This document shows positions 52,383 through 64,000 of a DNA stretch of 64,000 nucleotides, one piece after another (position 1 is the stretch's first letter; each line of letters opens with the position of its first letter). The stretch lies in contig OX597817.1 of NCBI GenBank assembly GCA_951406725.2, positions 99,758,001 to 99,822,000 of the forward strand, written 5' to 3'. Both the position numbers and the translations under genes were made by a program. Source of the stretch: Octopus vulgaris. Taxonomy: Eukaryota. The notes under the pieces were generated by a model. That model worked only from the letters and a program-made list of their open reading frames with translations, did not search any database and was not told the DNA's origin.

Positions 52383-53644
52383 TGTAGTGATCCTATACAA
52401 CGGCGCGCGCTCGCGCACCGTCCATTTGTATTTCGCGCGTGCGGGGTTGGTGCTTTCACCACCGGAAGAAGAACCCTTTTGCCTACGTAGCAGTTAGCCG
52501 AGGAAAGGGGATCGTAAGACGTTGACCACCAGCGACTTGAGACGGCAGCGACCGAAGGCGACGGACGTATATTTTCTCGCTGTCCAGCTTTGATAGCAGT
52601 CGGCCGAAGGTTTTTACCAAATTGTTGCGGACAACATCGTCTTCATATTCCGCGGCCATCCGTTGGTCACGTAATTAACAGAGAAAATTATCTGTGTCGC
52701 GCATCACACCAGCATGCTTGCATTTTTGCTTTTGTGTTACTAGCGATCTATCTGTCGATTCCATTTCCTCTCCTGCAGCAATTGACTTAACTGCTATTTC
52801 GCAGGATCAACTACCTTTAGAGAAGTTGGATTTAATTTCGCCTAGGTTCATTAACTGTGAGTTTGCTTTCCTCCCGCTCCTTACAGCGGAAGGCTCTATA
52901 CTTTGTGACGTATCCACTTTCATGCATGCACTTTTGAATTTTGCTCATTTTGAGTATTTTTTCCTTTAGTAAATTTCTTGTGCATGATGTAAATTTTGCC
53001 ATTTTATTATATTGTGTGCTATTTGGTTATCTGGTATCCACCTTGAGTTTTATAGTCACTACAGGGAATTTTGTGTCGTGCTTACGCACTGGGGTGGAGC
53101 TCTGTAGTAATCCTATACAACGGCGCGCGCTCGCGCACCGTCCATTTGTATTTCGCGCGTGCGGGGTTGGTGCTTTCACCACCGGAAGAAGAACCCTTTG
53201 CCTACGTAGCAGTTAGCCGAGGCAAGGGGATCGTAAGACGTTGACCACCAGCGTCCAGCAAGCAGCGACTTGAGACAGCAGCGACCGAAGGCGACGGACG
53301 TATATTTTCTCGCTGTCCAGCTTTGATAGCAGTCGGCCGAAGGTTTTTACCAAATTGTTGCGGACAACATCGTCTTCATATTCCGCGGCCATCCGTTCTG
53401 TTTTTAGCGGCTGAACATTGTAAATATTACAATCGATTAACTTTCAGCCTTGCGCGCCCAGAACCAAGGATATCAGATATACCACTGATCTCTCACCATA
53501 AAACAATAAAGTATATATATTATTTACGTCTGCGTCTTGTTGTTTCTGACTGGTAGAGAATCTGGATTATTAAAGCAACGGAATGTGATTGTTTCTCGCA
53601 CCCCCAAGAGGTCCAGAGAAGATATTCACACTAAGTTCGTTACA
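52383..53644 (+). mobile_element. Internally deleted LTR retroelement (partial 5' LTR, ~440-bp internal remnant, PPT, full 3' LTR 53103-53644)
   Basis: 52383-52663 repeats at 53103-53396, ggggtggag precedes the 3' LTR, TSD TGTG (52379-82 and 53645-48). Confidence 0.85.
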
Positions 53645-55438
53645 TGTGAAAAGCAGATCCCAACACCTTACGGGATATTTCCCCGAATGTTTGTGGAATC
53701 TTACGCAAGCAATGGAACACTGCATTTCCATCCTCTATGATGAAACTCTGTCTTGGATCAGGTAACTGTGCATCATCACATTCTTTCACAACATGTTTGA
53801 AGCCTTCCGATTTGTCTGCTTTTACTAAAATTTTGTCTGCCAATCCAATGCTGTATGGGACAGGTGTCAATGGGTATGTCAACAGTTTGTCACGTTCAAG
53901 ATTCCGATTAATCTGTGCTTGAGACTTCACTAGTAAGTGAAACGCTATGTTTCCCTGCTGCTTGTACTTGACAACTTTGTTCTGAGAAGTTGAGAGTTTC
54001 ACGGACTTGTGCATGTGTGCAATAGTTTTCAAATTTGGGCGTTTAATAGGGTCAAAGAAGTTATCCTTCTTCATTAGTCTGTTTTCTATGAAGTTCTCCT
54101 TTGCTAGCCTACCAACACTCTCAGCAGTGAGGGCGTCCTTCGCAACTTCTGAAGTCGGAGCACTGGATGATAGATTGTACAACTTTCCATCTTCTGGGGT
54201 GTTGAAAGGAGTGTTGAAGAACTTGATAGCTGCAATGGTCCTTGAGATAAGTTTCTCACTGGTCACAATTTCACAAGGGTGAGCATCCTTTGTCTTCTTC
54301 ATTAGACATTCCCACTAGACAAAATGCAGCCTGAAGGAATTTGGCTCGTTCTTTACCTGACTTTGATTTCATAACGGCCTTTTATAACAAACCGCTATGG
54401 TGTAGGTAGGGTCAACTTTTGTTTACTTTTGACTTCAACAACCTCTTTGAAAATATTTGCATAATTTGATGTTTCCAAAGTACCACTTGTTAGATTTTGC
54501 CTTACTTCTATTCGGCATGATCAGCAATACGCCCAAAAAGTGCAGAAATATCTCACATTCCACGGGGTAAACACTACTTCTTTACAATTTTTTTACTTCT
54601 GGTATTAAAAGCACATGTAAACCTTCGTTATAATTAATTTTCAAAAAAAAAAAAAAAAAAACGTTATGTGGTCTTGGTGATAAATAAAACCTGTGAATAC
54701 GAGATATTACAGGTAAATGTCAAAGTTCGTGACCTTTTGACCTCTGATGACCTTTTTACAGAATAAATTTGCTTATCATTTACATGAACTTGTAGATCTT
54801 GACCAGGCTATCATTTTAAGGGGTGATTTGAAATATTTTGACGAAGAGTCGCAAAGTTAGAGCTGTTTGAATTTTCCATAACCCTAATGTCTCCAGCTGT
54901 AAAAGTGGGCGTGGTCAAAAAGTCCATGGTGGGTATCATCCATCCCAGTTTTTTTTTTTTTTGGCTGACAACATCAATTTTCTGACTTGTTAGACCCAGG
55001 GCTACATGAAAATACACGTTAAAGTAAATCACAAGGAGGGTGAACCATGACCCCTACTAACCCATGGCCTACTTTGAATTAAAGGCACAACTAATTTTTT
55101 CTAGTTGAGTGGACTGAATGTGAAATAAAGGGTCTTGTGCAAGGAAACAACTCGTCACAGGGAATCGAACTCATGATCTAACCACTAAGCCACGCGCCTT
55201 CATCTTATTAACAATACATGTTGGTAGATGTATCTGTGATATGACGGTTCATTCAAACCTATGATCGCTGGTCATAATTAATTGATTAATTAATGTATGT
55301 ATGTCATTGTTCCGTTTTATTTCAAGATTTCTTGCCAACAGAGAAAGAGCCGGTTTCTAACCTAGATCCAAGGCTTCTTCATTGGAATTTCAACATCAAC
55401 AGGATATTTTTGTTTGTTTGTATGTATGTATGTATGTA

Positions 55439-55476
<38 letters not shown>

Positions 55477-57479
55477 TGTGTGAGTGTGTGTGCAGATTTG
55501 TATGTTTTGATTTATGTATGTATTCTTATCATGCATGTAAGTGCATACCTAGGCATGCTCCTATATATTTAAATACTAAACTTCTGGAAAGTTTTACAGA
55601 TTTTTACAGTTCCAGTGGTGGACTAGATCTGTAGTCTTCGAATTAGCTTTCTGCTTTCTGGTTTTGAGAAGCCTAATTTCTCAAGATTGGTATTTAGGCA
55701 GTGTGTTACACATACCAGGCCCCCTCAGCGTTTCTTTTATTTTCTTTCCCCCTCTGACCGTTATCCCTCTCTACTTAGATTTGTCAGCCGTTTCAATAAA
55801 CCCTCTTTATTAATCCTTCAACACTAGTCGACATCTCTCTTCAATGAAGTGTTACTTGTCTGAAACGTTTCATGAAAATTATTTCAATGTTTCAACAATT
55901 TGTATTATTGTTACTTCCTTATCTCTGTTATAAGAAATCTCATGAGTTTTCCCAATTTTACCACACTTTCGAATAAAAGATGTTTCAGTCATCTATCGTC
56001 TGGGATAACTCAAACGTTTTGAGAGGTTTCTATTTAGTCGCTAGACTTACCAGAAATAGTAGCCAAATCTTCTTCAAATTACATCCTACCCTTTTAAAAG
56101 ACACACACACACACACACACACACACGCACGCACACCCACATCCACACACACACACTGGATAATGTATGGTCCCTACACACAGGAAAAAGATCAGGTACA
56201 TGGTTAGAATGCCATTGGTCAAAGGTCAGCTCAAGCAATGGCGTGTTGCGAAACAACAGCAATTACTACCGTCGAAGGAGCCTCAAGGTGGTCGTTAACT
56301 AGTTTGAAGTAACTGCAAGACCACCCTCAGATTACACTCTACTGTCTTGTGGACAAGACATATTCGATAATGCAGTATACCTATCCTTAAAAAAAACCCA
56401 GATGGCCATGTCAGGAATAGCTTTTAATAGGTCCGCTAACTCAGAGTTGGTCTGGGGTTGAACATCGCATACCATCCACCATCACCATCTCACTAGACTT
56501 TTGAGCTGCCGCCCACGATTTATTAAACACTTCCAGCACATCTGATTTATAATTTTTATCTTTCAATGAAGATAGGAGTTTCTCTGAAAGTGAGAAAAAC
56601 CGCCTCACACCCACATAAAATGACGTCATGAGAAAGTAGTTTGAAAGTACGATTATCAGCAGTAGCCACAATAACAGTTTTCATTGTTAACATCAATGTA
56701 AACAACAACGTAGATATTTATTTTGAAGGGCAGAGTCTTTTAATGTAATGCGACTCAAAGAATTTCATCTGGATGAAGTTGTTCGGACGGCCGATTTAGG
56801 TCTTGGTGTTTCTGTTGCTGGTGTGATTTTTGAAGTCGTCGTTATTATTGTTGTTAATAACAGAATAAAAAATAGAGTGAATATGAAGAGAATGGCCTTG
56901 ATGTTAGTAACAATGGTGACGATGATGTCTTAGGATCCTCTACACATACGGAGGCGATGGTGAATGTGGTAGTAATTTTGATGAGATTAAAATGATGATG
57001 GAGATGATAACCAAAATAGGAAAAGAATGTTTTTAAATTGAAACTGAACTATATATGAAAAATTCTTTCAATTTACGAGTGTCTATAGCATGTGTGCCCC
57101 CTTTTGAACACATTTCTTTACAAGTCAATGAGGTCGCTCGACTGCTAGAAACAGCAGTCAAATCTCCTTCAAATTGCATTCTAATGTTTTTTAAAATGTA
57201 GGACACGTTGTACAGTGTGTTAGTAGATATATGTTTGAATAAAAGGCAGAATGGTCATAGCCCGAACGTTGATCTGCTTGATCTGGCACTAAATAACGTA
57301 ACCTTTCCAAGTACATGGTTGAAACCCCCTTAATCATGTGTATGTTTGGTCAGTGCTAACATGGAGTTAACAACATTCATTATCTCTTTTGTATTAATCC
57401 TTCAACTTCTTTTCTTATAACCATTATTAATTTATCTTTTCATGTATATTAGTGATTTACAGAGTCTCAGGTCACATTT

Positions 57480-58060
57480 TTCTTCTTGTGGTCCCAAATT
57501 ATGGAGCAAAATATCACCTGGCAGGACACTTGGAAATGGAACTTGTAGAGGATTAAGTTCTTGATTCAGAGAGTCTATGATATCCTCCCCAGCCACCCAA
57601 CCCATTTAGATGGGACTTAGTGAAAATCCCCACATGATTCTTGTGTTCCAAGATAAGGACCCTCCATCACACCCTAAGTAGCCGTTCCAGGGCACAGAGT
57701 AAGAGCTGTTATCCCTTGAGACATAATCTTTTCCTCAAGACCATTACTGAGGTGGTCAGCAAGGGAATCAGTAACAGCAGAGATGCCAGAACTACTGCTA
57801 AAGATAACCTTTGTGAAGAAGGGAGAGAGGCTGAAGAAAAGACACAAGAACAGCTCCAGTGGTTTACTTTCTGCACCACATGACTGGGTGTATGTTGTCT
57901 TGGCAAAGCTGCTAAAATTTCCATCACATATCACATAAACCTTATCAAGGAGACTAGATATCATCTTAGTTTTTGAGACAACAAGGCAGCTAATAATACC
58001 AAGGTACAAATTCAATTAGTTTTGCTTGAAGATCACCTTATCAAAAATATTGAAATGCCC
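57480..58060 (+). mobile_element. Decayed RLE-type non-LTR retrotransposon C-terminus (Hero/NeSL-like)
   Basis: RIKFLIQRVYDILP, TLHHTLSSR..CYPLRHNLFL, GLLSAPHDW, LKFPSHI and RLDIILV (RPD-like). Confidence 0.65.
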
Positions 58061-59389
58061 TCATTTTTTAGTCAACATATTCACAATAGCACTAAAGACA
58101 TATTCAACTAAACAAGTATGTTGTTGGAAAGAGCAAAAATATTTGCTGAGATTGAGTATCATATTACTATGAACATGTTTTATAAACCTCAATAATTGAA
58201 TAGTCCCAAACAGGATTAAGTCTGAAGCAGAAGGTTTTATTTGAACTGTTAATTTGTAATGGTCCTCATAGTTGCATGTACTGGTACTTCATTTTATATG
58301 TGTATAGTGTTGAAGGTACATTCTTTCTCAGTTTTGAGATCTTCCTATGAGTGAAAATCCTCCCCAAATCTCCCCGTTCTACCTCCCCATTTAAATTCCT
58401 CCCCTAAAATTTGAAATTCCTTTCCCTGGAGGCCGAGTGTTTCCTGTTTGGGGATCATTGCTATATTCTTACTCCCTTTTTGCTTACTTCTTAAAATATA
58501 TTTTAGTTTTTCTTTATTTTTAACATTTTAAGCATTTTCCGCTATATTTTATGCTATTTTAAGTTACTTTACAATATTCAATTCATTTTTTTCTTTTAAA
58601 ACTGAATGTTCCTGAAGATAGATGACTGCTGTATTTTTAATGGTTTTATTTTTGCCAATTTCTGTATATACTTTTGCATCATTATAATATGCAGTCAAAT
58701 AAAATATCAGTCAATATGTCAATTAAACCAAGTTTAAATATAAACTCATTCATACACACATATATTAAATTCAGCTCAGTGGCCTTGCCCTGTATTAAAT
58801 TCAGTTTACCAACACATTTAAAATATACAGCCTTGCTTTTGATTTAAACTATGAGAAGTCTTTGGCATACTTTCAAACTTTATTATGGTTTAATTAAAAA
58901 CTATTTAACACATGCTGCTGTGATACCAAAAAGAAACTGTAGATAAGCCTATATAAAATGTTTTAACACTAGAGTACACTCTGAATTATTTCTCTTAGCT
59001 ACTTTTCATTTCATTTATGTAAATTAGCTAATCCATAAATGGTTTTACTCTTTTTTGTATGAGTAAGTATTTTGCTGATGATGCATATACAGGTAGAACC
59101 ATGACTTAAGCTGACCTTTTGTCTTCAGACAATCAGACTGTCTTCTCCCAAATGATACGTTAGTTTCAGAGAATTCTTGATTCTTGAGATCGTCTCCTTT
59201 CCTTATTTAGACTTTGTATCAGTTGCCACCAAATGATTGTTTAACTATCTCTGGAGACAGATATAATGTCAATAAATTAAGAATTTATTTTGTATAGCAT
59301 TTAAAATATTCTTGTTTGTTTTTTGTTGTACTAATGCATACCACTTGCTATTCTGAATTATTTCTCTTACCACATTTTTTCATGTGTGT

Positions 59390-59441
<52 letters not shown>

Positions 59442-59626
59442 TGTCAGTGGATCATATATCTGAAAAAATAGTACACTCTAAAGTTTAGATTAGAGCAGTA
59501 ACGTATTTACATGAAGTTAAATATATGTCTGGTACTAGAGTGACCAATGACTCATCGTATATATATATATATATATATATAACAATAATAAATCTCTGAA
59601 CGAGATATAAACAGTAACCACTCGAC

Positions 59627-59892
59627 AACGTAAGGGTATTAGCCATCTGAATGTGGCTAGCCACTGGGGGATGGGGGTGGGGTGTTACTGATGCTTTTAG
59701 CCCCAGGCGATCAACGTCACCAGAAGGACTTTAGACACTATCTCAGTGCCCTTGTGTTACTTGCAAGTAACACAAGGGCACTGAGATAGTGTCTAAAGTC
59801 CTTCTGGTGACGTTGATCGCCTGGGGCTAAAAGCATCAGTAACCCCCCCCCCCAGTGGCTAGCCACATTCAGATGGCTAATACCCTTACGTT
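59627..59892. repeat. Near-perfect spacerless 266-bp palindrome abutting (TA)n
   Basis: Centre ...gtgttacttg|caagtaacac... at 59763/59764. Arms differ only in the G/C-run region. Confidence 0.95.
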
Positions 59893-60034
59893 ATATATAT
59901 ATATATATATAAATTTGATAAGAGGATATGTTAACCTTGTGAAGGGATGGTTGCATTCAAGGAAATACTGGTTCAATACCTAGTATCTTGGGGGTATATG
60001 TTAAGCATATAGTTTATGTCCATTTAAAAGAAGA

Positions 60035-60395
60035 ACAGAAAATGGAAATAAGGAAGTTAGTACTTGTTTATTATTAACAAACTGGTTATCTTCAGTTTTT
60101 ACAGCCGTTTCAAATAAATACTCAATAATTTGTACATTAAATTTACGCTTATGTAACATGAGTATAATTTCTTCAGAGAAAAAAAAAGATGTATCTTTGG
60201 ATGTTATTTGTGGGCCTATCAATTCATTTCAGCAGACTCTAATGAAATTATACTCATGACACATAAATGTTAATTTACTGTACAAACTTGTAATTAAATT
60301 ATTGAGTATTAATTGAAATGGCTGCAAGAAGTGAAGATGACCGATTTGTTAATAATAAACAATTATCAACTTTATCTCCATTTTCTTTTCTTCTC
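60035..60395. mobile_element. Inverted pair of hammerhead-bearing segments
   Basis: Minus 60096-60180: CTGAAGA..atactca/tgagtat..GAAAC-GGCT-GTA. Plus 60235-60330: CTAATGA..GAAAT-GGCT-GCA (decayed). Confidence 0.65.
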
Positions 60396-60658
60396 TTAAA
60401 TATATATATATATATGTGCGTGTGTGCTTATAAGTTTATGTGTGTGTGTCTTTGTTCTGTGTTTGTCTCCCCACCTTTGCTTGACAACTGATGTTGGTGT
60501 GTTTACGTCCCTGTAACTTAGCAGTTTGCCAAAGGGATCTGCCAGAATAACTAGGCTTACAACGAATAAGACCTGGCATCAGTTTCTACAGGTAAAAATC
60601 CTTTAAGGCGATGCTTCAGCATGGCCACAGTCAAATGACTGAAACAAGCAAAATATTA

Positions 60659-60714
<56 letters not shown>

Positions 60715-60744
60715 ATATATATATGTATGTATGTATGTATATAT

Positions 60745-60940
60745 ATCATCATCATCATCATCATCATTTAGCATCTGCTTTCCATGCTAGTATGGGTTGG
60801 ACGGTTCAGCTGGGGTCTGGGAAGCCAGAAGGCTGTACCAGGCCCAGTCTGATCTGGCAATGTTTCTACGGCTGGATGCCCTTCCTAACGCCAACCACTC
60901 CGTGAGTGTAGTGGGTGCTTTTTACGTGCCACCGGCACTG
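60745..60940 (-). mobile_element. RTE 3' tail fragment
   Basis: (cat)n followed by the reverse complement of the RTE UTR end. Confidence 0.75.
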
Positions 60941-61119
60941 GTATCACAGCAGCAATTTCCATTGATGTTGATCGACTTCGATTTTGGTTCTGATTTATAT
61001 ATATATATATATATATATACATACACACACACACACACACACTAATACACCTGTTTATTGTTTATACACCTATCTTCATCTTTTGTATTTCTGTAAATTT
61101 CAACTATATATATACACTT

Positions 61120-63322
61120 CTTCAATAGCTCCAGTGAGAACAGCAAGTTTGCTTCTGGCTGACACTGCTTCTATTCATAAGCACTGGGTAGAACCTTTTT
61201 CTGCATTTTTTAATAGACGTCATCCGCTGACATGAGGATGATAGAAAAAATCGAGTACCTTCCAGTTATAGAAGAGATGGCATTTGAACCAACTCTAAGT
61301 GACATTTATTTAGCTGTAAAAAAGCTTAATTACAATAAGTCTCCAGGGTCTGATGAAATCTATGCAGAAGTCTTGAAATATGGGGGTGACAAAATGTTTG
61401 AACTCTTAAATGTATTAATTTGTCACTGTTGGAGAACTAAGAAAGTGCCTCAAGACTGGATTGAGGCCATTTTAGTCTCCTTGTATAAATCGGGGCCAAA
61501 GGATCTGTGTGATAATTTTCGTGGGATTTCACTTTTGTATGTGGTTGGAAAGGTACTTGCCTGCATTTTGTTAGAGGGTTTAAATACCTTCATAGTTCCA
61601 AATATGGTGTCTGAGTCTTAGTGTGGTTTTCACTCCTCTAGGGGCACAGCTGATTGTATCTTTACTATCAGACAATTACAAGAAGAGTGCATTGAACAGA
61701 ATCTTGCCCTATATCATTGATTTGTTGATTTGAGCAAAGCAGTGAATACTGTTAATCAAAATGCTTCTGTGGTTAATTGTAAGGAAAATAGGTTACCCAG
61801 AAAAATTTGTAAACATGATCAGGGCTTTGCATTAAGATACAAAAGCTAGAGTTAACTTTGGTGGTAGGCTTTCTGAATCTTTTGCTGTGGAAAATGAAGT
61901 AAAGCTAGGAGACCTTGATGAACCCACCCTCTTTGCAATATACTTTGCTGTTGTTGTCACATGCTTTTCAAAACTCTGAGGAAGGTATTTACATAAAAAA
62001 ATTGAACAACAGGAAATGTTTTTAATCTGACCAAACTGAAATTCAAAACGAAGGTTTTTACTTTACTCATCAGGGAACTTTTATACGCTGATGATTGTGA
62101 TCATGTCAGTCATTCTGAAACAGGTCTGCAATCTCTCGTATCTGCATTTGACTCAGCTTGTGATGATTTTGGCCTGACCATCAACTTGAAAAAAACAGTT
62201 GTAATGTATAAACTTACATATAGTGCTATTTGTAACACCCCACCTAAAATTTTTGTTAAGGGTAAGTTACTTGAGGTTGTCGATTCTTTCATCTACCTTG
62301 GAAGCTCTGTACAAAATGAAGGAAATCTGGATACAGAAATACATCTGCAAATTCAAAGGGTAGCACAAACATTTGGTGGCTTGGAGTTATATGTTTGGTG
62401 CAAGCGACATATAAATAACAATACAAATTCAGCTCTTGACAAATCATTTGTCTTAAGTCTTAACATCCCTGTTGTATTCTTGTGAAACATGGACATGTTA
62501 TGAAAGACATTTTAAATTGTTGGAACAATTCCACCAAAAATGCCTTCAGCGCATTCTAAACAGTAAATGGAGTTCTTTTACTCCAAACACAGATGTCCTT
62601 GCATCTGCAGGCATCATCTCAATTAAAGCTATGATTTTGAGAAACCAAATGAGATGGCGTGGCCATATTGTTCGAATGGCGGATGAACGCATACCCAAAA
62701 AGCTGTTTTATGGTGAGCTTGCAGAGGGGAAATGCTATTGGCCTAAACCTACAAAAAAGGTTTAAGGATGGCATAAGGACTACTATGAAGTCACTTGGAA
62801 TGGATCCAGAGGACATAGAAACCCTTGCTTCGGATTGAGCTGGATGGTGAACAAAAGTGTGGAGCGGAGTGAAGTGAAAGCTTTTGAAGAGGCCAGAATA
62901 ATGCATGCAAGACTCAAGTGAGATTTAACGAAGAATGTTACTATTGAGAAGGTGAATCACAATGACCTTTTTGTGTGTATGGTTTGTGACAGACCATGCC
63001 TTTCTTTTTCTGAGCTAAAATCTCATTTTTGAACTCATGGAAAACAAATCTCCACCAACTATTCTGCCTATGTCTGTGCATGCCTTTCAATGCAATGTAT
63101 GCCAGATTTGTAAATCTAACAGAGGCCTCAAAAGACATTTTAAGATCCACAAAGATCAGAACTTATCTGTGGCTCTTGGTGGTCCAAATCAGATATGCAA
63201 TCTATGTGGGTGTCTTTTCAAAACATTACCTGGTTTAAAAAGCCACATCAGATGCCATGATGGTTATAAGGGATAGGTACAGGAGGTGGTCAAATTCTGC
63301 ATAAGGAGTAGACAACCACCAT
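61120..63322 (+). mobile_element. 5'-truncated RTE (BovB-like) LINE, decayed RT with C-terminal C2H2 fingers
   Basis: KSPGSDEI, NFRGISLL, RGTADCIFTIRQLQE, FVDLSKA, ELLYADD, VVDSFIYLGS, YSCETW, QMRWRGHIVRMADERIPKKLFYGEL. Confidence 0.9.
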
Positions 63323-63402
63323 ATATACACAAACACACACACACATATATATATATGTATATATATGTGTATATATATGTATGTATGTATTTATATATAT
63401 AT

Positions 63403-63870
63403 ATATTATATTAAATTAGAGATAAAACCACTATTAGGCAAATCATACAATGACAAACTTAAGCCAATACATAAGATTAATTAATTTATATTATTTAAAT
63501 ATATATCAAAATTATTAAAAAAGATAATTAATATAACACCACAATCGTTTCATGGCTGTTCAATTCTTAAAATTTTCGAGTTACAGTCATTCTTCAGGTG
63601 GTTTACATATCTAACTTGGCGAGGTTTAATCAATATATATATATATTATATTAAATTAGAGATAAAACCACTATTAGGCAAATCATACAATGAAAAACTT
63701 AAGCCAATACATAAGATTAATTAATTTATATTATTTAAATATATATCAAAATTATTAAAAAAGATAATTAATATAACACTACGATCGTTTCATGGGTGTT
63801 CAATTCTTAAAATTTTCGAGTTACAGTCATTCTTCAGGTGGTTTACATATTTAACTTGGTGAGGTTTAAT

Positions 63871-63873
<3 letters not shown>
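63403..63873 (-). mobile_element. Tandem dimer of a 240-bp non-coding hammerhead-bearing unit in (TA)n
   Basis: ttaaattagagataaaacc at 63411 and 63651. Hammerhead motifs at 63535-63603 and 63775-63843. Confidence 0.85.
63775..63843 (-). ncRNA. Type I hammerhead ribozyme with intact core
   Basis: Minus strand aaccac-CTGAAGA-atgactgt...acacccat-GAAAC-GATC-GTA-gtgtt. The other copy reads GAAAC-GATT-GTG (decayed). Confidence 0.75.
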
Positions 63874-63928
<55 letters not shown>

Positions 63929-64000
63929 GCGCCCTTTTAAAGCCTAGCCAGGCTCATGGGCCCGGTTTCCCGGTTTCCATGGCGTACGTGTTCCCCAGAT

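Larger units (their letters stand above)
50801..54302 (-). pseudogene. Disrupted Academ-type protein C-terminal half with XPG/FEN1-like nuclease motifs
   Basis: IIEDGNAVFH, FLANDENK, ETDTRV, SPDSDIFFILL, GCDSTSAIKGQGK, LPPCRNDLEQHVRRSNFQ, and an acidic tail ending at 50801. Confidence 0.7.
50400..55071 (-). mobile_element. Academ-like DNA transposon (XPG-domain type), internally deleted, with nested insertions
   Basis: Terminus TAGGCCATGGG.. on minus at 55071 plus an XPG/FEN-like pseudo-ORF. The opposite terminus was not found, so the left boundary is approximate. Confidence 0.65.

Noticed and set aside
53640-54302. 220-aa ORF as a host gene
   Set aside because: It is a fragment of the disrupted Academ-like protein, cut by an LTR insertion.
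55340-55390. Hammerhead-like ATGAAGA...GAAAC-CGG-CTC on minus strand
   Set aside because: Both C3 and the GUH triplet deviate and there is no convincing stem I.

Overview
AT-rich, microsatellite-saturated eukaryotic DNA. Repeat content (tRNA-derived SINEs, RTE LINEs with (GAT)n tails, long (TA)n runs) suggests a cephalopod such as Octopus; this is inference, not a database match. No intact host protein-coding gene is supported. The window is a mosaic of decayed and nested transposons: pogo/Tigger, maT and mariner Tc1/mariner elements, non-autonomous Helitrons, hAT and piggyBac-type MITEs, an Academ(XPG)-like element, Gypsy-type LTR remnants, RTE, R4/Dong and Hero-like LINEs, an ORF1-only retroelement, and Penelope-like remnants. 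The main signal not explained by the ORF track is a set of about ten sequence-unrelated loci carrying type I hammerhead ribozyme motifs (CUGANGA...GAAAC-short, often palindromic, loop-GUH). Most lie in short non-coding elements next to (TA)n runs, arranged as inverted or tandem copies. The best cases are 48111-48172, 49347-49446, 63775-63843 and 11843-11929. They look like a diverse family of non-autonomous Penelope-derived or retrozyme-like elements. All folds and alignments were done by eye.
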